A stretch of 64,000 nt of DNA, taken from the NCBI GenBank assembly GCA_964608725.1, contig CAZSPB010000001.1, forward strand, positions 43,696 to 107,695, given 5' to 3'. Source of the DNA: an uncultured archaeon. GTDB lineage: Archaea; Aenigmatarchaeota; Aenigmatarchaeia; Aenigmatarchaeales; Aenigmatarchaeaceae. A program made the translations under genes and the position numbers. The notes under the pieces were generated by a model. It had not been told where the DNA came from and did no database searches. It worked only from the letters and a program-made list of their open reading frames with translations. Within the stretch, counting starts at the first letter, position 1. Every line of letters starts with the position of its first letter. Shown in pieces: positions 51,387 through 61,756 of this stretch.

Positions 51387-51893
51387 ATGGCAAAAAAAGT
51401 GTTGATGGTAATAGCACCAGATAATTTTAGAGATGAAGAATTTTTTGAGACTAGAGATGTTTTAAAAGATGCTGGTATTGAAGTAACAGTGGTTAATTCT
51501 ACTGGACAACCATCAAAAAGCATGTTTGGAAGGATTGTGACTCCAGATAAGAATTTTTATGAAATTGATTCAAAAGATTTTGATGCAATCGTTTTTGTAG
51601 GTGGTACTGGTGCAGCTGCCTACTTCGATAACAAAAGAGCTATAACTCTTGCAAAAGAATTTTATGAATCTGGAAAATTGGTAGCTGCAATCTGCATTGC
51701 ACCAACAATACTTGTTAATGCAGGAATTCTTGATGGAAAAAAAGCTACTGCTTTTCCTTCTGAAAGAGAAAAAATAAATGCTGTTGGAACTTACACAGGA
51801 AATAATGTTGAAGTAGATGGTAAAATTATAACAGCTTCAGGACCTCAAGCAGCAAGAGAATTTGGTAGAAAGATTGTTGATGCTTTGAAGTGA
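51387..51893 (+). CDS. DJ-1/PfpI family protein
   Basis: FRDEE, VFVGG, AAICIAP, TASGP. Confidence 0.9.
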   Translation: MAKKVLMVIAPDNFRDEEFFETRDVLKDAGIEVTVVNSTGQPSKSMFGRIVTPDKNFYEIDSKDFDAIVFVGGTGAAAYFDNKRAITLAKEFYESGKLVAAICIAPTILVNAGILDGKKATAFPSEREKINAVGTYTGNNVEVDGKIITASGPQAAREFGRKIVDALK

Positions 51894-51897
51894 GAGA

Positions 51898-52224
51898 ATG
51901 AAGCACTTAGCAATTTTTTTAATTTTACTAGTTATTCTTATTAGTGGTTGTACAACTAGTGGGGATACAGAGTCATTTAAAAAAGCAGCAATAGATGCTT
52001 GTATCAAAATTTGTAATTCGATCAAAGACAAACAAGATTTAAGTAATGGACCTTGCATAGGTGACCCTATTCCAGAACATCCTGGTTGGGTTTGCGATGT
52101 TGCTCATTGGCCTAGAGAACCTGTAGATAATTTACCAGAAAATCAATGCGAGGCTTATAGAAATGGGACAGCAACCCACTTTGTTGAAGTAACTCCAGAA
52201 TGTACACTCATCAGAGCAGTCTAG
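51898..52224 (+). CDS. Cys-rich lipoprotein
   Basis: ISGC lipobox; GPC, WVCDVAH, NQC, HFVE..PEC. Confidence 0.7.
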   Translation: MKHLAIFLILLVILISGCTTSGDTESFKKAAIDACIKICNSIKDKQDLSNGPCIGDPIPEHPGWVCDVAHWPREPVDNLPENQCEAYRNGTATHFVEVTPECTLIRAV

Positions 52225-52301
52225 CTCTCTCTTTTTAGTATCAACATCCTGATCTTTGACTCATTTTAAATGGAAATTATTAAAGTTTTTTATTATATAA
52301 G

Positions 52302-52424
52302 CTATTCTTTCATTTCGTATTTAGGTTTACAACCACCTCGTCCATGACCAGCTGCGGGTCCCCTTCTTCCTATCTCATACATATAACTTTCTTTTCTTGG
52401 TCCTGTCCCATCTTTATCAGGCAT
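52302..52424 (-). CDS. 40-aa DUF5320 N-terminal-like peptide
   Basis: GGGGTGA SD; MPDKDGTGPRKESYMYEIGRRGPAAGHGRGGCKPKYEMKE; not in ORF track. Confidence 0.65.
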   Translation of the reverse strand: MPDKDGTGPRKESYMYEIGRRGPAAGHGRGGCKPKYEMKE

Positions 52425-52833
52425 TAAATCACCCCTTCTAATTTTGGACTTATAAATTTATAAATCTAAATTTTGAATTTTTTTTAGAAGGTTTAGGGTA
52501 TAGGAGCATTTATTTAATTATATATTTATATTACTTTGATTTCAAACCATCGGAGTCTAGAATTTCACTATAGTTCAACGCTCCTACAATTTCCTATTAT
52601 TTTCATCTACTGTGGTCAAAAAATTTGGAGTGTGATATTCCTTAATTCTGGTAGGCATGATTTAACTTTCTTTTCTAATTTACTTAATAATCTTTGAGGT
52701 AGTTTATTCACTTCCATTACTTCCTGAAAAAAGTAATGTTTCTTACGGAATATATCTTTTTGTTGTATTTTCAACAAAGGTAATTTAGAAAAGTTCTTAA
52801 ATTCTAAAATTTGAATATTCTTTAGTTTTTAAT

Positions 52834-52906
52834 AGCCCCGTGGTGTAGTGGCCAAGCACAGAGGGCTCTGGACCCTCAGACGGAGGTTCGAATCCTCCCG
52901 GGGCTA
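52834..52906 (+). tRNA. tRNA-Gln(CTG), no intron, CCA not encoded
   Basis: Acceptor AGCCCCG/CGGGGCT, anticodon arm GAGGG-CTCTGGA-CCCTC, T-arm GGAGGTTCGAATCCTCC. Confidence 0.95.
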
Positions 52907-52940
52907 TTCTATTTTATAAAGAAGAGAACAATTTTTCTAT

Positions 52941-53774
52941 ATGTATGTAATAAAAGCTTCTGGTGAAACTGAAAAATTTAATGTAAAGAAGATAGAAAGA
53001 ACTTGTTTAAGAGCAGGTGCACCAAAAGAACTTGCTAAGAAAATAGCAAAAGAGGTTAAAAGAAGAGCTTATGATGGAATTACAACTAGAGAGATTTTAC
53101 ACATAACTTTAACCCTTCTAAGAAAAGAAGAGCCTCATATAGCTTCTAGATATGATTTGAAAGGAGCTTTGTTAAGATTAGGGCCAGCAGGTTTTACATT
53201 CGAAAATTTAATAAGCGAAATTTTGAAAGAGTATGGTTATTCAATCAAACTACGAAGTATTGTTAGAGGTTTTTGTGTTTCTCATGAGATAGATATTATT
53301 GCTACTAAAAATGGCAAAAATTTTATGATAGAATGTAAATATCACAATTTTCCAGGTGTTTATACTGGTTTAAAAGAAACTTTGTATACTTATGCTAGAT
53401 TTCTTGATTTAAAAGAAGCTTGGAAAAAAGGTTTTTGTAGAAAATTTGAAGGGCCTTGGCTTATATGTAATACAAAGTTCTCGGAAGATGCTATTAAGTA
53501 TGCAAATTGTAGAGAAATTAAATTAATAGGATGGAATTACCCTTCAGCCGGGAATTTGAAAGATCTTATAGAAAATAGGAAACTTTATCCTATAACTATA
53601 TTAAGAAGTTTAGATAAAGACTCACAATTAAAGTTAGCAAAAGTAGGCCTTGTTTTAGCTCTTGATTTAATAAGAGTAAATCTTAAAGAATTGAGACACA
53701 TAACTAAAATTCCGTTAAAGAAATTAAAAGTTCTTGTAAAAGAGGCAAGTGGAATTTGTAAAGTTAACGGTTAA
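52941..53774 (+). CDS. ATP cone + Mrr-like PD-(D/E)xK endonuclease domain protein
   Basis: VIKASGETEKF ATP cone; LGPAGF.FE, HEIDI, IECKYH. Confidence 0.8.
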   Translation: MYVIKASGETEKFNVKKIERTCLRAGAPKELAKKIAKEVKRRAYDGITTREILHITLTLLRKEEPHIASRYDLKGALLRLGPAGFTFENLISEILKEYGYSIKLRSIVRGFCVSHEIDIIATKNGKNFMIECKYHNFPGVYTGLKETLYTYARFLDLKEAWKKGFCRKFEGPWLICNTKFSEDAIKYANCREIKLIGWNYPSAGNLKDLIENRKLYPITILRSLDKDSQLKLAKVGLVLALDLIRVNLKELRHITKIPLKKLKVLVKEASGICKVNG

Positions 53775-53808
53775 TTTTATATATAAAGGTTTTCTAAATA
53801 TTTTCAAG

Positions 53809-54018
53809 ATGGTAGTTTCTATATCAGACTCTTGGTTCATGATTGTAACATTCATAATAATAATTATCGGTGTTATTATTCTTGGAAGTGGTTTTCCTTT
53901 TTTAAATGTTATAGAGGTTTGTAGCGGTTTAATATTGATAATTCTTGGCATAGTTTTCCTAGTTTACTACGTTTACTATGCTTCTCTTCACTATTCAAGA
54001 AAAGTTAAAAGTAAATAA
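53809..54018 (+). CDS. Small two-TM membrane protein
   Basis: Hydrophobic ORF from ATG 53809. Confidence 0.5.
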   Translation: MVVSISDSWFMIVTFIIIIIGVIILGSGFPFLNVIEVCSGLILIILGIVFLVYYVYYASLHYSRKVKSK

Positions 54019-54045
54019 ATCCTTCTATAAATATTAGATGATTTT

Positions 54046-54996
54046 ATGGAGAAATATGACGTTATTATAGTTGGTGCTGGACCAGCTGGTTTAACAGCAG
54101 GAATTTACGCAGGAAGAAGAGAATTAAAAACTCTCATTCTTGGAGAAATTTTAGGTGGGCAAATGTCTTATGCTCATTTAGTTGAAAATTATCCTGGAGT
54201 AGAACCAATGAGCGGAAAGGAGTTAGCAGAAAGAATGAAAAAACAAGCTGAGAAGTTTGGTTGTGAAGTTAAAATGGAGACTGTAGTGAATATGGAATTG
54301 CAAGGTGAAATTAAAAAGGTTATAACAAGAGAAGGGGAGTATAGAGCGGATGTTGTAATAATAGCGACAGGAAGCAAGCCTAGAAGATTAAAAATAGAAG
54401 GTGAAAGTAAATTTTTAGGTAAAGGAGTATCTTACTGTACAATATGTGATGGCCCTTTATTTAAAGGTAAAAAAGTTATTGTGATCGGAGGTTCTGATGC
54501 AGCTGTTACTTCTGCGCTTTATCTTAGTGAAATAGCATCTCAAGTTTTTCTTGTTCATAGAAGAGATCAATTAAGAGCAGAAGAGGCTAATCAAGAAAAA
54601 TTAAAAAAATCTCCAGTTAAAATCATTTGGAATTCTGTTGTAGAGAAAATAGAAGGGGATGAAGTGGTTAGAAAAGTTTTGATAAAAAATTTGAAAACTA
54701 ATGAAGCTAAAGAATTGGAAGTAGATGGAGTTTTCATTGAAATTGGTGAAGTACCTACAACCGAGATAGTAAAGAAAGCAGGAGTTGAAGTTAATGAAAA
54801 AGGGTATATAAAAGTAAACGAAAGGATGGAAACTAACATTAAGGGGGTTTATGCAGCAGGTGATGTTATAGGTTCATTGGCCCAAATTGTCGTTGCAGCA
54901 TCAGAAGGGGCCCAAGCAGCAACTAATGCTTATTTATACCTAAAAGGAGGAGTTTATGGGGAGAGAAGGAAGTTTGATTGGGGAGAAAAGAAATAA
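54046..54996 (+). CDS. trxB: Thioredoxin reductase
   Basis: GAGPAG, VENYPG, GVSYCTICDG, HRRD, AAGD. Confidence 0.92.
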   Translation: MEKYDVIIVGAGPAGLTAGIYAGRRELKTLILGEILGGQMSYAHLVENYPGVEPMSGKELAERMKKQAEKFGCEVKMETVVNMELQGEIKKVITREGEYRADVVIIATGSKPRRLKIEGESKFLGKGVSYCTICDGPLFKGKKVIVIGGSDAAVTSALYLSEIASQVFLVHRRDQLRAEEANQEKLKKSPVKIIWNSVVEKIEGDEVVRKVLIKNLKTNEAKELEVDGVFIEIGEVPTTEIVKKAGVEVNEKGYIKVNERMETNIKGVYAAGDVIGSLAQIVVAASEGAQAATNAYLYLKGGVYGERRKFDWGEKK

Positions 54997-55180
54997 AAAG
55001 ATATTTGGATATTTAGAGCATTCCTTCTTTTACTGTATCATAATTTTTTTGTTTTTTTCAATTTTTGGCTTTAAAGATTTTTATTTATTTCTCAATTCTT
55101 TCTTGGTATTAAGTTTATTTTTCATATTCTTGAATCTTTTAAAGAAAAAAAGTAAGAGAGAAATTATCCTAAGTGGTTAA

Positions 55181-55624
55181 ATGAAAAGGGAAAAAAAGAA
55201 ACAGATAATGTCAGCAATAATACTTCTTGTGTTTTCTGGTAGCATTTTAACTTATGCTATTATGTTTGCTTTTCCAGAAGAAGAAAAGGAAGGTGTTTGG
55301 AAAGTTGGTTTATTAATTTACATTTATGGGGAACCAATTCAAATTCCAGCTGGTATAGGAGTTTTTAATGAAACAAAATCTAAGCTATATACTTTAAGCA
55401 ATGACAATATAATTTATAAAAAAGGAAGCGAAGAAGCTACACTTGGTGAATTCTTCAAAATTTGGGGAAAAGAATTTAATAGAACATGTATATTAGATTA
55501 TTGCAATAATGAAAACCATTCTATGAGAATGTATGTGAGGAAAAATGGAAAATGGGTCGAAAATTTTGATTACGATTCATACGTTCTTAAGAATGGTGAT
55601 GTAATTTTAATAGATTACAGATGA
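55181..55624 (+). CDS. Exported protein of IPxxIG/TLGxFFxIWG family
   Basis: TM anchor, IPAGIG, TLGEFFKIWG, YVLKNGD. Confidence 0.65.
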   Translation: MKREKKKQIMSAIILLVFSGSILTYAIMFAFPEEEKEGVWKVGLLIYIYGEPIQIPAGIGVFNETKSKLYTLSNDNIIYKKGSEEATLGEFFKIWGKEFNRTCILDYCNNENHSMRMYVRKNGKWVENFDYDSYVLKNGDVILIDYR

Positions 55625-56179
55625 TCATAACTTTGGTATTTCAGTCTCATAAATTATTCTATCTTCTTTAATTTTCATCTTACCCTTATTATTAGTTCTT
55701 ATCCTTTTAAAACCAATTTTGAAGTACTTACCATCATTTTTGAAATACAAAAAAGTTTTATCAATTTGTGTGCTCCAGCCACTATAGCTCCCACTGGAAG
55801 GATTGGAAGGACAAGAGTAAACCATAACAGAATCTTCACCAGGTTTTTCAAATCTTTTGTCTATGAGACTTTCAACCTCTTTTTTAATTTTGTTAATTCC
55901 TTTATCTTTACCATGGTAAGAAGTTGAAATAACAATATTAGCTTGATTTTTCGCTTCCATTTTTCTAATTTCAAAAAGCTTTCTTCTTGCTTTCACATCT
56001 GCAAATCTAAGAAGCCTGTTTGGTATCTCATTAGCAAACTTAATAAGGTTTTCATCTTTTCCAAAATCAACTACACCATCCTTTTCTATTTTATCTGCAA
56101 TTTCTCTTAGCCATCTAGCTACGTATGCTCTCCTTAATAAAGAAATTTCACTCTCATCTTTGAGTAAACTTTTTTGCAT
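55625..56179 (-). CDS. Hypothetical protein
   Basis: Host-like ORF. Confidence 0.6.
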   Translation of the reverse strand: MQKSLLKDESEISLLRRAYVARWLREIADKIEKDGVVDFGKDENLIKFANEIPNRLLRFADVKARRKLFEIRKMEAKNQANIVISTSYHGKDKGINKIKKEVESLIDKRFEKPGEDSVMVYSCPSNPSSGSYSGWSTQIDKTFLYFKNDGKYFKIGFKRIRTNNKGKMKIKEDRIIYETEIPKL

Positions 56180-56216
56180 ATAAAAAGAAAGAATTCTAGA
56201 TTTATAAAATTTTCTA

Positions 56217-57152
56217 CTAAAGTTTCAAAAATTTATCTTTTAAAATATTGAGAAAATCTTTAGAAGATAAATAGCCTGAAACACTTGCTGCACAAGCAAC
56301 TTTATGCCCTCCACCTCCAAAGAATTTTGCGATTTTATAAACATTTTTATTAGTGTGAGTTCTAAGATCAACTCTAGTGAAAACCTTTCTATTTCTCATG
56401 TTTATCCTATGAGTTAAAATAGCTATAACATCAAAGGGTGCTTTTTCATGATTCAAAAGAGCGTTGTTGACGACATATACAGGAACACCTTCTGTAGTTT
56501 CATAAATTGCAATTTTCATACTGTCTATAGAAAACCATTTGAATTTTTGGCGGACTGTTTTCTTGATTTTTTCTATCCATTTTAAGTAATTTTGCATTAA
56601 TTCAGCAATTTTTTCATTTCTCTCAAATTCTTTTAAATCAGAAAAAGCAAGATTTTTAGCAAGATTTTTGAATTTATTGTTTAATATACTTGGAACTCTA
56701 TTTTTCCATCTCAAAGCACCAACAAGGTTTCTTAAAAATTCAGCATCTTCACTTTTAACATTATTTTTGTCTATTTCGTTAGCTAACCTAACTAACTCTG
56801 TATCTATGTTGAAATATTTTGCAACTAATTCTGCAGCACTGTCACTCCTAGTATTTACCAAAGCTTCAACATTTTTTGGTATATTTAATTCTGGCCAAAT
56901 ATGGTGGTCTATCCAACGAACATTTTTATAAACTGATGCCAAAATTAGTGTTTCTCTTTTTGCAGTTAAATCAAAAACATATAAGTTTTCAAGGTTATTT
57001 GCTTTCATTATTGAAAGACATAAGGTTTCTTTTAGCTTTGATAAGGGAGAAAAATAAACTCTACAATCCATACTTCCAATTTTCTTTAGAAATATAGAAA
57101 AACAAAGTATACCATCTGCATCTGCGTGTGTTATTACAGTAGGATACTTCAT
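56217..57152 (-). CDS. DHH/DHHA1 phosphoesterase
   Basis: HADADG, IDHH, GGGGH. Confidence 0.85.
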   Translation of the reverse strand: MKYPTVITHADADGILCFSIFLKKIGSMDCRVYFSPLSKLKETLCLSIMKANNLENLYVFDLTAKRETLILASVYKNVRWIDHHIWPELNIPKNVEALVNTRSDSAAELVAKYFNIDTELVRLANEIDKNNVKSEDAEFLRNLVGALRWKNRVPSILNNKFKNLAKNLAFSDLKEFERNEKIAELMQNYLKWIEKIKKTVRQKFKWFSIDSMKIAIYETTEGVPVYVVNNALLNHEKAPFDVIAILTHRINMRNRKVFTRVDLRTHTNKNVYKIAKFFGGGGHKVACAASVSGYLSSKDFLNILKDKFLKL

Positions 57153-59743
57153 AATAGTTCACTTACTTTCTTAAAGGCTTCTTTCCCTTTTTCTTTTAGT
57201 GGGCCACCCCCTTTATACTCATTGCCTTTACCACCTGCTGAACCACCCATGATTTTTGCTATTTCTTTCACTATAGGTTCTATATTAACATTACATTTTT
57301 CTCCTCTTATCCCGAATACTATACCCCTTCCTATGAGAATAGAATATTTTGTTGGGTCTTCTTTAATACTTTCTTTTCCTATAATTTCTAGTTCTTTCAT
57401 ATCCTCGGTTTCTATGTAGTTAATTCCAAATAATCTTATTCTTTTTTTCTTCAACAATCTAATTTTTTCCTTTTCTTCTTTGATTCTTAACAATTTTCTT
57501 TTTAATATCTCTTTCTTCTCTCTTTCTTTTTCCTCTTTCTCTCTTTTAGCTTTTTCAACTAATTCTTTACCAGCAACGTATTCTATCCTTATTACACCAT
57601 CTTGTATTTTCTTAGAATCTGTGATGAATATCTCTTCTACTTCTTTGGTGTTGTCAACATGTAAGCCACCACAAGCTTCTACATCCCATTCATTAATAGC
57701 AATGATTCTTAATTCTTTCCCAGGAATAGCACCACCTTGGTATAATCTGAAGCCGTATTTTCTTTCAGCTAAATTTCTGGGAAGAATAAGTTTTTTCACA
57801 ACAACCCCTCTTTTTACTATATCATTTGCAATTTTTTCTATATTTTTCAATTCTTCATTAGTTAATGGATTATAGTGAGTTATATCAAGATGAGCTTTAT
57901 CATAATCTTTCTTACTTCCTGCTTGCCACACATGATTTCCTAGAACTCTTCTAGCGGCACCATTGATTATATGTGTAGCAGTATGATGTTTTTTTATTTG
58001 CTCTCTCCTTTTTTTATCAACAACACAATTTACAATATCGTTAACTTTAAAGTTTGGATTTTCAACTTTATGAATTATTACACCATTTAACATTTCAACA
58101 TCGTAAACTCTACAACCTTCAATGGTTCCCAAATCTGGTTCTTGTCCTCCACCTCTAGGATAAAATGCTGTTTGATCTAAAATCACATTTTCATTCTCAA
58201 TTTTTATAACCTTAGCCTTAAAATTGAAAAGTTTCTCATTTTCATAATAAAGCTTTCTAGTTTTTGTTAAATTTGAAATATCAACTTCCTTAATTTTTTC
58301 CTTAGCTTTGACAATAGATTTTTGAACAGCTATCCTAGTTTCTATATCAGTTAAATCAAGTTTTATTTCAGGAATAAATCTTTTTACATCTCTTGGTAAT
58401 AAACCATGAGAATCGTAGAGCATAATCAAAATTTTTCTATCAACTTTCTTTTTTCCTTTTAACAATTTTTTTAAAATAAATTTTCCTCTTTTTAACGATT
58501 CCAAATATTTCTTTTCTTCTATCTCAACCATTTTCAATATATCAGTTTTATTTTCTTCGAATTCAGGATAAACATCTTTACTCTCTTCTATTTGCATTTC
58601 AACTATTTCAGAAAGAGGAATTTTTAACTCAAGATCTTGTAGGTTCCTTATACTTCTTCTTATAAGTAGTCTTGCAAGATATCCTTCCCTAACATTTGAA
58701 GGTACTACTCCATCACCCAAGATAAACATTATAGCTTTTGTATGATCTGCTATTTGATAAATTTTATGGAAAAAAAGTATTTGCTTCAAAATTTCTTCTT
58801 TTCTTTTTCCAAGTTTTTTTGATATTTCTTCTATGATTTTATTTCTAAGCAATTCCACGTTTCTTTTTATTTCCAATTTTCCACAAACTTTACAAAATTC
58901 AGAGAGTATCTCCTTTTCAACATTTTTTTCTTTTTTCAAAAAATTTATTATACTTTCATAAATGTTATCATATATAGTTGGTGTGCCTTGAGATGCCCAT
59001 ACATGTCTTTCTAAACCATAACCTGTATCTACAACTTTCATTTCCATTTTTTTATACTTTCCTTTAAAAGGGCCTTCATATTCCATAAAGACTAGGGTAG
59101 CAAGTTCATTACCATCTACTATAACCTCAAAACATGGGCCTGCGTTACCTCCACCTTCCCACCAACTCTCTTTGAAAGCAACTTTTTCTGGTTTTATTCC
59201 CAGACTTTCTGTTAACCATCTGTAACATAAATCAACAGTTTCATCTTTCCAATAAATTTTTTTCTCATTGTTAAATGCATGGTGAGCCATCATTTCAAAA
59301 ACTGTTAAATGTCTTCCTGTTCCTAGGCCAACATTATCTAAATCAACAAATCTTAAAGAAGGTTGACTCATGACTAAAGGGTTGGCTGGTGGTTCAACAG
59401 TTCTATTTAATACCCATGGCATGAAACAGTAAATTGATGCTCCTGTATAAAAAGTGTCTGGTTTCCACCTTGCTATAGTTGGATACCTGTTTATTGGTTG
59501 ATGCCCATTTTTTTGAAACCATTTAATGTATTTTTCTCTTAATTCTTTCCAATTGTATTTCTTTGGAATTGTGGGATTATTAATAAATCGATAAATATCA
59601 CAGGGTGGTTCACCACAGTTTTCTCTCTCTTTCAATGACCAAAAAAATGAACCACAACTTTCGCATTTATATCTTTTAAAATTATTTTCTTTAAAGAAAT
59701 CTAATTCGAATATACTTGCCTTTAATATATCTTTCTTTAGCAT
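57149..59743 (-). CDS. alaS: Alanyl-tRNA synthetase (archaeal type)
   Basis: CESC..CGEPPC, FEMMAHHAFN, DTGYGLER, HHTATH, EACGGLH, GGSAGG. Confidence 0.95.
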   Translation of the reverse strand: MLKKDILKASIFELDFFKENNFKRYKCESCGSFFWSLKERENCGEPPCDIYRFINNPTIPKKYNWKELREKYIKWFQKNGHQPINRYPTIARWKPDTFYTGASIYCFMPWVLNRTVEPPANPLVMSQPSLRFVDLDNVGLGTGRHLTVFEMMAHHAFNNEKKIYWKDETVDLCYRWLTESLGIKPEKVAFKESWWEGGGNAGPCFEVIVDGNELATLVFMEYEGPFKGKYKKMEMKVVDTGYGLERHVWASQGTPTIYDNIYESIINFLKKEKNVEKEILSEFCKVCGKLEIKRNVELLRNKIIEEISKKLGKRKEEILKQILFFHKIYQIADHTKAIMFILGDGVVPSNVREGYLARLLIRRSIRNLQDLELKIPLSEIVEMQIEESKDVYPEFEENKTDILKMVEIEEKKYLESLKRGKFILKKLLKGKKKVDRKILIMLYDSHGLLPRDVKRFIPEIKLDLTDIETRIAVQKSIVKAKEKIKEVDISNLTKTRKLYYENEKLFNFKAKVIKIENENVILDQTAFYPRGGGQEPDLGTIEGCRVYDVEMLNGVIIHKVENPNFKVNDIVNCVVDKKRREQIKKHHTATHIINGAARRVLGNHVWQAGSKKDYDKAHLDITHYNPLTNEELKNIEKIANDIVKRGVVVKKLILPRNLAERKYGFRLYQGGAIPGKELRIIAINEWDVEACGGLHVDNTKEVEEIFITDSKKIQDGVIRIEYVAGKELVEKAKREKEEKEREKKEILKRKLLRIKEEKEKIRLLKKKRIRLFGINYIETEDMKELEIIGKESIKEDPTKYSILIGRGIVFGIRGEKCNVNIEPIVKEIAKIMGGSAGGKGNEYKGGGPLKEKGKEAFKKVSELL

Positions 59744-59800
59744 AAGTATCTAATATAATTAGAAATACAAAAAACTTTCTTTTAAAAGAAAATTAAGCCG

Positions 59801-61279
59801 TTATTTTGCTGGTTTCTTGAACCACAACTCCCAAACTATGATTATAACTGCTGCAACAGCTATGATAACAACACCTAACTGTAAAAAGTTTTTAGTTGCA
59901 ATCAAAGTACCAGTAGGTGCGGTAGAAACTTCAACTGATACTTCTTTTGTTGCTGTTATTCCTTCTTTTGAAGAGCTTGTAAATGTTATTGTTTTACTTT
60001 CTGTTTCGTTTTCTGGTAAAGTCATTACTACTAGAAAATCTTTTGAATCATTAGGTGCTATATCAACTGAAGGCGGATAAATTTCTATCCAATCTCGAGG
60101 CACACCTTCAAAAGATATTGCCACTTCACTTAATTCAACATTTCCTATATTTGAAACTGTTAAGATGAAAGTTTCATTTTCCCCAGGAGAAATTGTTATT
60201 GAATCAGGACCACTAAAGCTCATGTTTGCTATTTCAACTTCTTTTGGTACCTCAACTTTAACACCAGTTTTTACTCTTAACGTTGCACCATCAACTAAAC
60301 TTTTACCATTATATTCGTATATCGCTGTAACAGTCCATAAACCTTCATTCCCAGGCGTGTAAATATTTGCATCCCAGGTACCATCAGCTTCTTCATCGAT
60401 GCCAAACTTGCTTTTTTCAGTAACATCAAATAAATTGTCATACTTATCTTTTGCTATAACTGTAAATTCTATCGTTTCATTTGTTAAAATTTCTTTGTTA
60501 TCTGGGGAAATTTCAATGGCAGTAGGTTCTGATGGTATTACTTTTACTTCAAAACTTTCACTCACTTTTAATTTTTCATCTGAAATTGTAATTGTCTGGT
60601 TTCCTGCAGTTTTAAGTTTTATGTGAAAACTTTTTGTCCCAGAATCTTCTTTTTCAAAGGTATAATCTTTTGGTAAAATCGCTCTTTCATCTGTTGAAGA
60701 GAAGGTTACAGTTCCAGTGTAATCAGTTTTTACTTTACCAAACTTATCATATACTTTTACTGCAATGTTAAAAGCTTCGCCAGCTTTAACTTCCTTTGGA
60801 GCTGTTATTTTAAAATAGCCTAATGGAGCTAAAGTTGCTTCAGAAGTTATAGTTGTAACAAAAGCTTCACCTTCTTTATCAAAAGTTGTCACTTTCCATT
60901 CATACTTTCCAACTTCTTTTGGGGCCTCTGCTGTAAAGCCAAAATCTAATGAAGAGTCCTTTTCAATTCCTGTCCCTTCTGTAATCCATGTAATTTTATA
61001 AGGATACGCTTGGCCTATTCTGCTTCTAATTTGATAAGTCCAACCAGCAGGACTAGAAATTTCTTTTATTTTGTACAGTGGGATGTTATCACTTTCAGGA
61101 ACTAGCACTTCTATTTTAACTATATTGCTTCCATCTAAGTTAGTAACTTTAAGTGTTATATCAGCATCTGTTCCGCAAGCCCATTCACTAGGAGTCATAG
61201 AAATATCTGCTTCATGAGAAGCAAGTACTAAAGTTACTGTAATAAGAAAAGCTGTTATTATTGCTAATTTTAATCTCAT
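59801..61279 (-). CDS. Ig-like cell-surface protein with C-terminal TM anchor
   Basis: Signal peptide, DYTGTVTFSSTD..A.LP module, PTG + TM + basic tail. Confidence 0.7.
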   Translation of the reverse strand: MRLKLAIITAFLITVTLVLASHEADISMTPSEWACGTDADITLKVTNLDGSNIVKIEVLVPESDNIPLYKIKEISSPAGWTYQIRSRIGQAYPYKITWITEGTGIEKDSSLDFGFTAEAPKEVGKYEWKVTTFDKEGEAFVTTITSEATLAPLGYFKITAPKEVKAGEAFNIAVKVYDKFGKVKTDYTGTVTFSSTDERAILPKDYTFEKEDSGTKSFHIKLKTAGNQTITISDEKLKVSESFEVKVIPSEPTAIEISPDNKEILTNETIEFTVIAKDKYDNLFDVTEKSKFGIDEEADGTWDANIYTPGNEGLWTVTAIYEYNGKSLVDGATLRVKTGVKVEVPKEVEIANMSFSGPDSITISPGENETFILTVSNIGNVELSEVAISFEGVPRDWIEIYPPSVDIAPNDSKDFLVVMTLPENETESKTITFTSSSKEGITATKEVSVEVSTAPTGTLIATKNFLQLGVVIIAVAAVIIIVWELWFKKPAK

Positions 61280-61349
61280 AATAACTAATAATGATACTAA
61301 AAAATTTAAACTTTCAAAAACTTCTCAATGTAATGTTTACGTAATGTTT

Positions 61350-61646
61350 TTAACCAAAAAGACTTGCCAGGCCCTCTACAGCTTCTTCTGCCTTTTTCTC
61401 CTCTTCTTCTGCCTTTTTCTCTTCTTTCTTTTCTGGTTTTGCTTCTGCTGGGGCCGGAGCTGCAACGGGCATAGAAGCTTTACTTATAGCTTCTTCTATA
61501 TTTACATTTTCTAGTGCTGCTACTAACGCTTTCACCCTAGCCTGATCTATGCTAACTCCAAGCGCTGAAAATATTTTATTTATATTTTCTTCATTTATTG
61601 GTTGCTTCAAAGAATGAAGCAAGAGGGCACTATAAATTAATTCCAT
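61350..61646 (-). CDS. rpl12: Ribosomal stalk protein aP1/L12
   Basis: [11 protein letters not shown]...GLASLFG. Confidence 0.95.
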   Translation of the reverse strand: MELIYSALLLHSLKQPINEENINKIFSALGVSIDQARVKALVAALENVNIEEAISKASMPVAAPAPAEAKPEKKEEKKAEEEEKKAEEAVEGLASLFG

Positions 61647-61756
61647 CTTTTACACCTCCATTTTTATAAGCATTATGATAATTTTTTATTTCCGAAATTT
61701 TTATTAAAATTACTTTTACAAGACTTTCAATTAATTCTTTTAACTTGTTATTCATT

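Noticed and set aside
52430-52830. 400-bp AT-rich gap as ncRNA or ORF
   Set aside because: No convincing stem, repeat or reading frame found by eye
52834-53774. tRNA-Gln as integration site
   Set aside because: No duplicated tRNA 3' end and no integrase seen in the window
54956-55180. 74-aa hydrophobic ORF after trxB
   Set aside because: Overlaps trxB by 41 nt, low complexity, no clear start; could be real but unsupported
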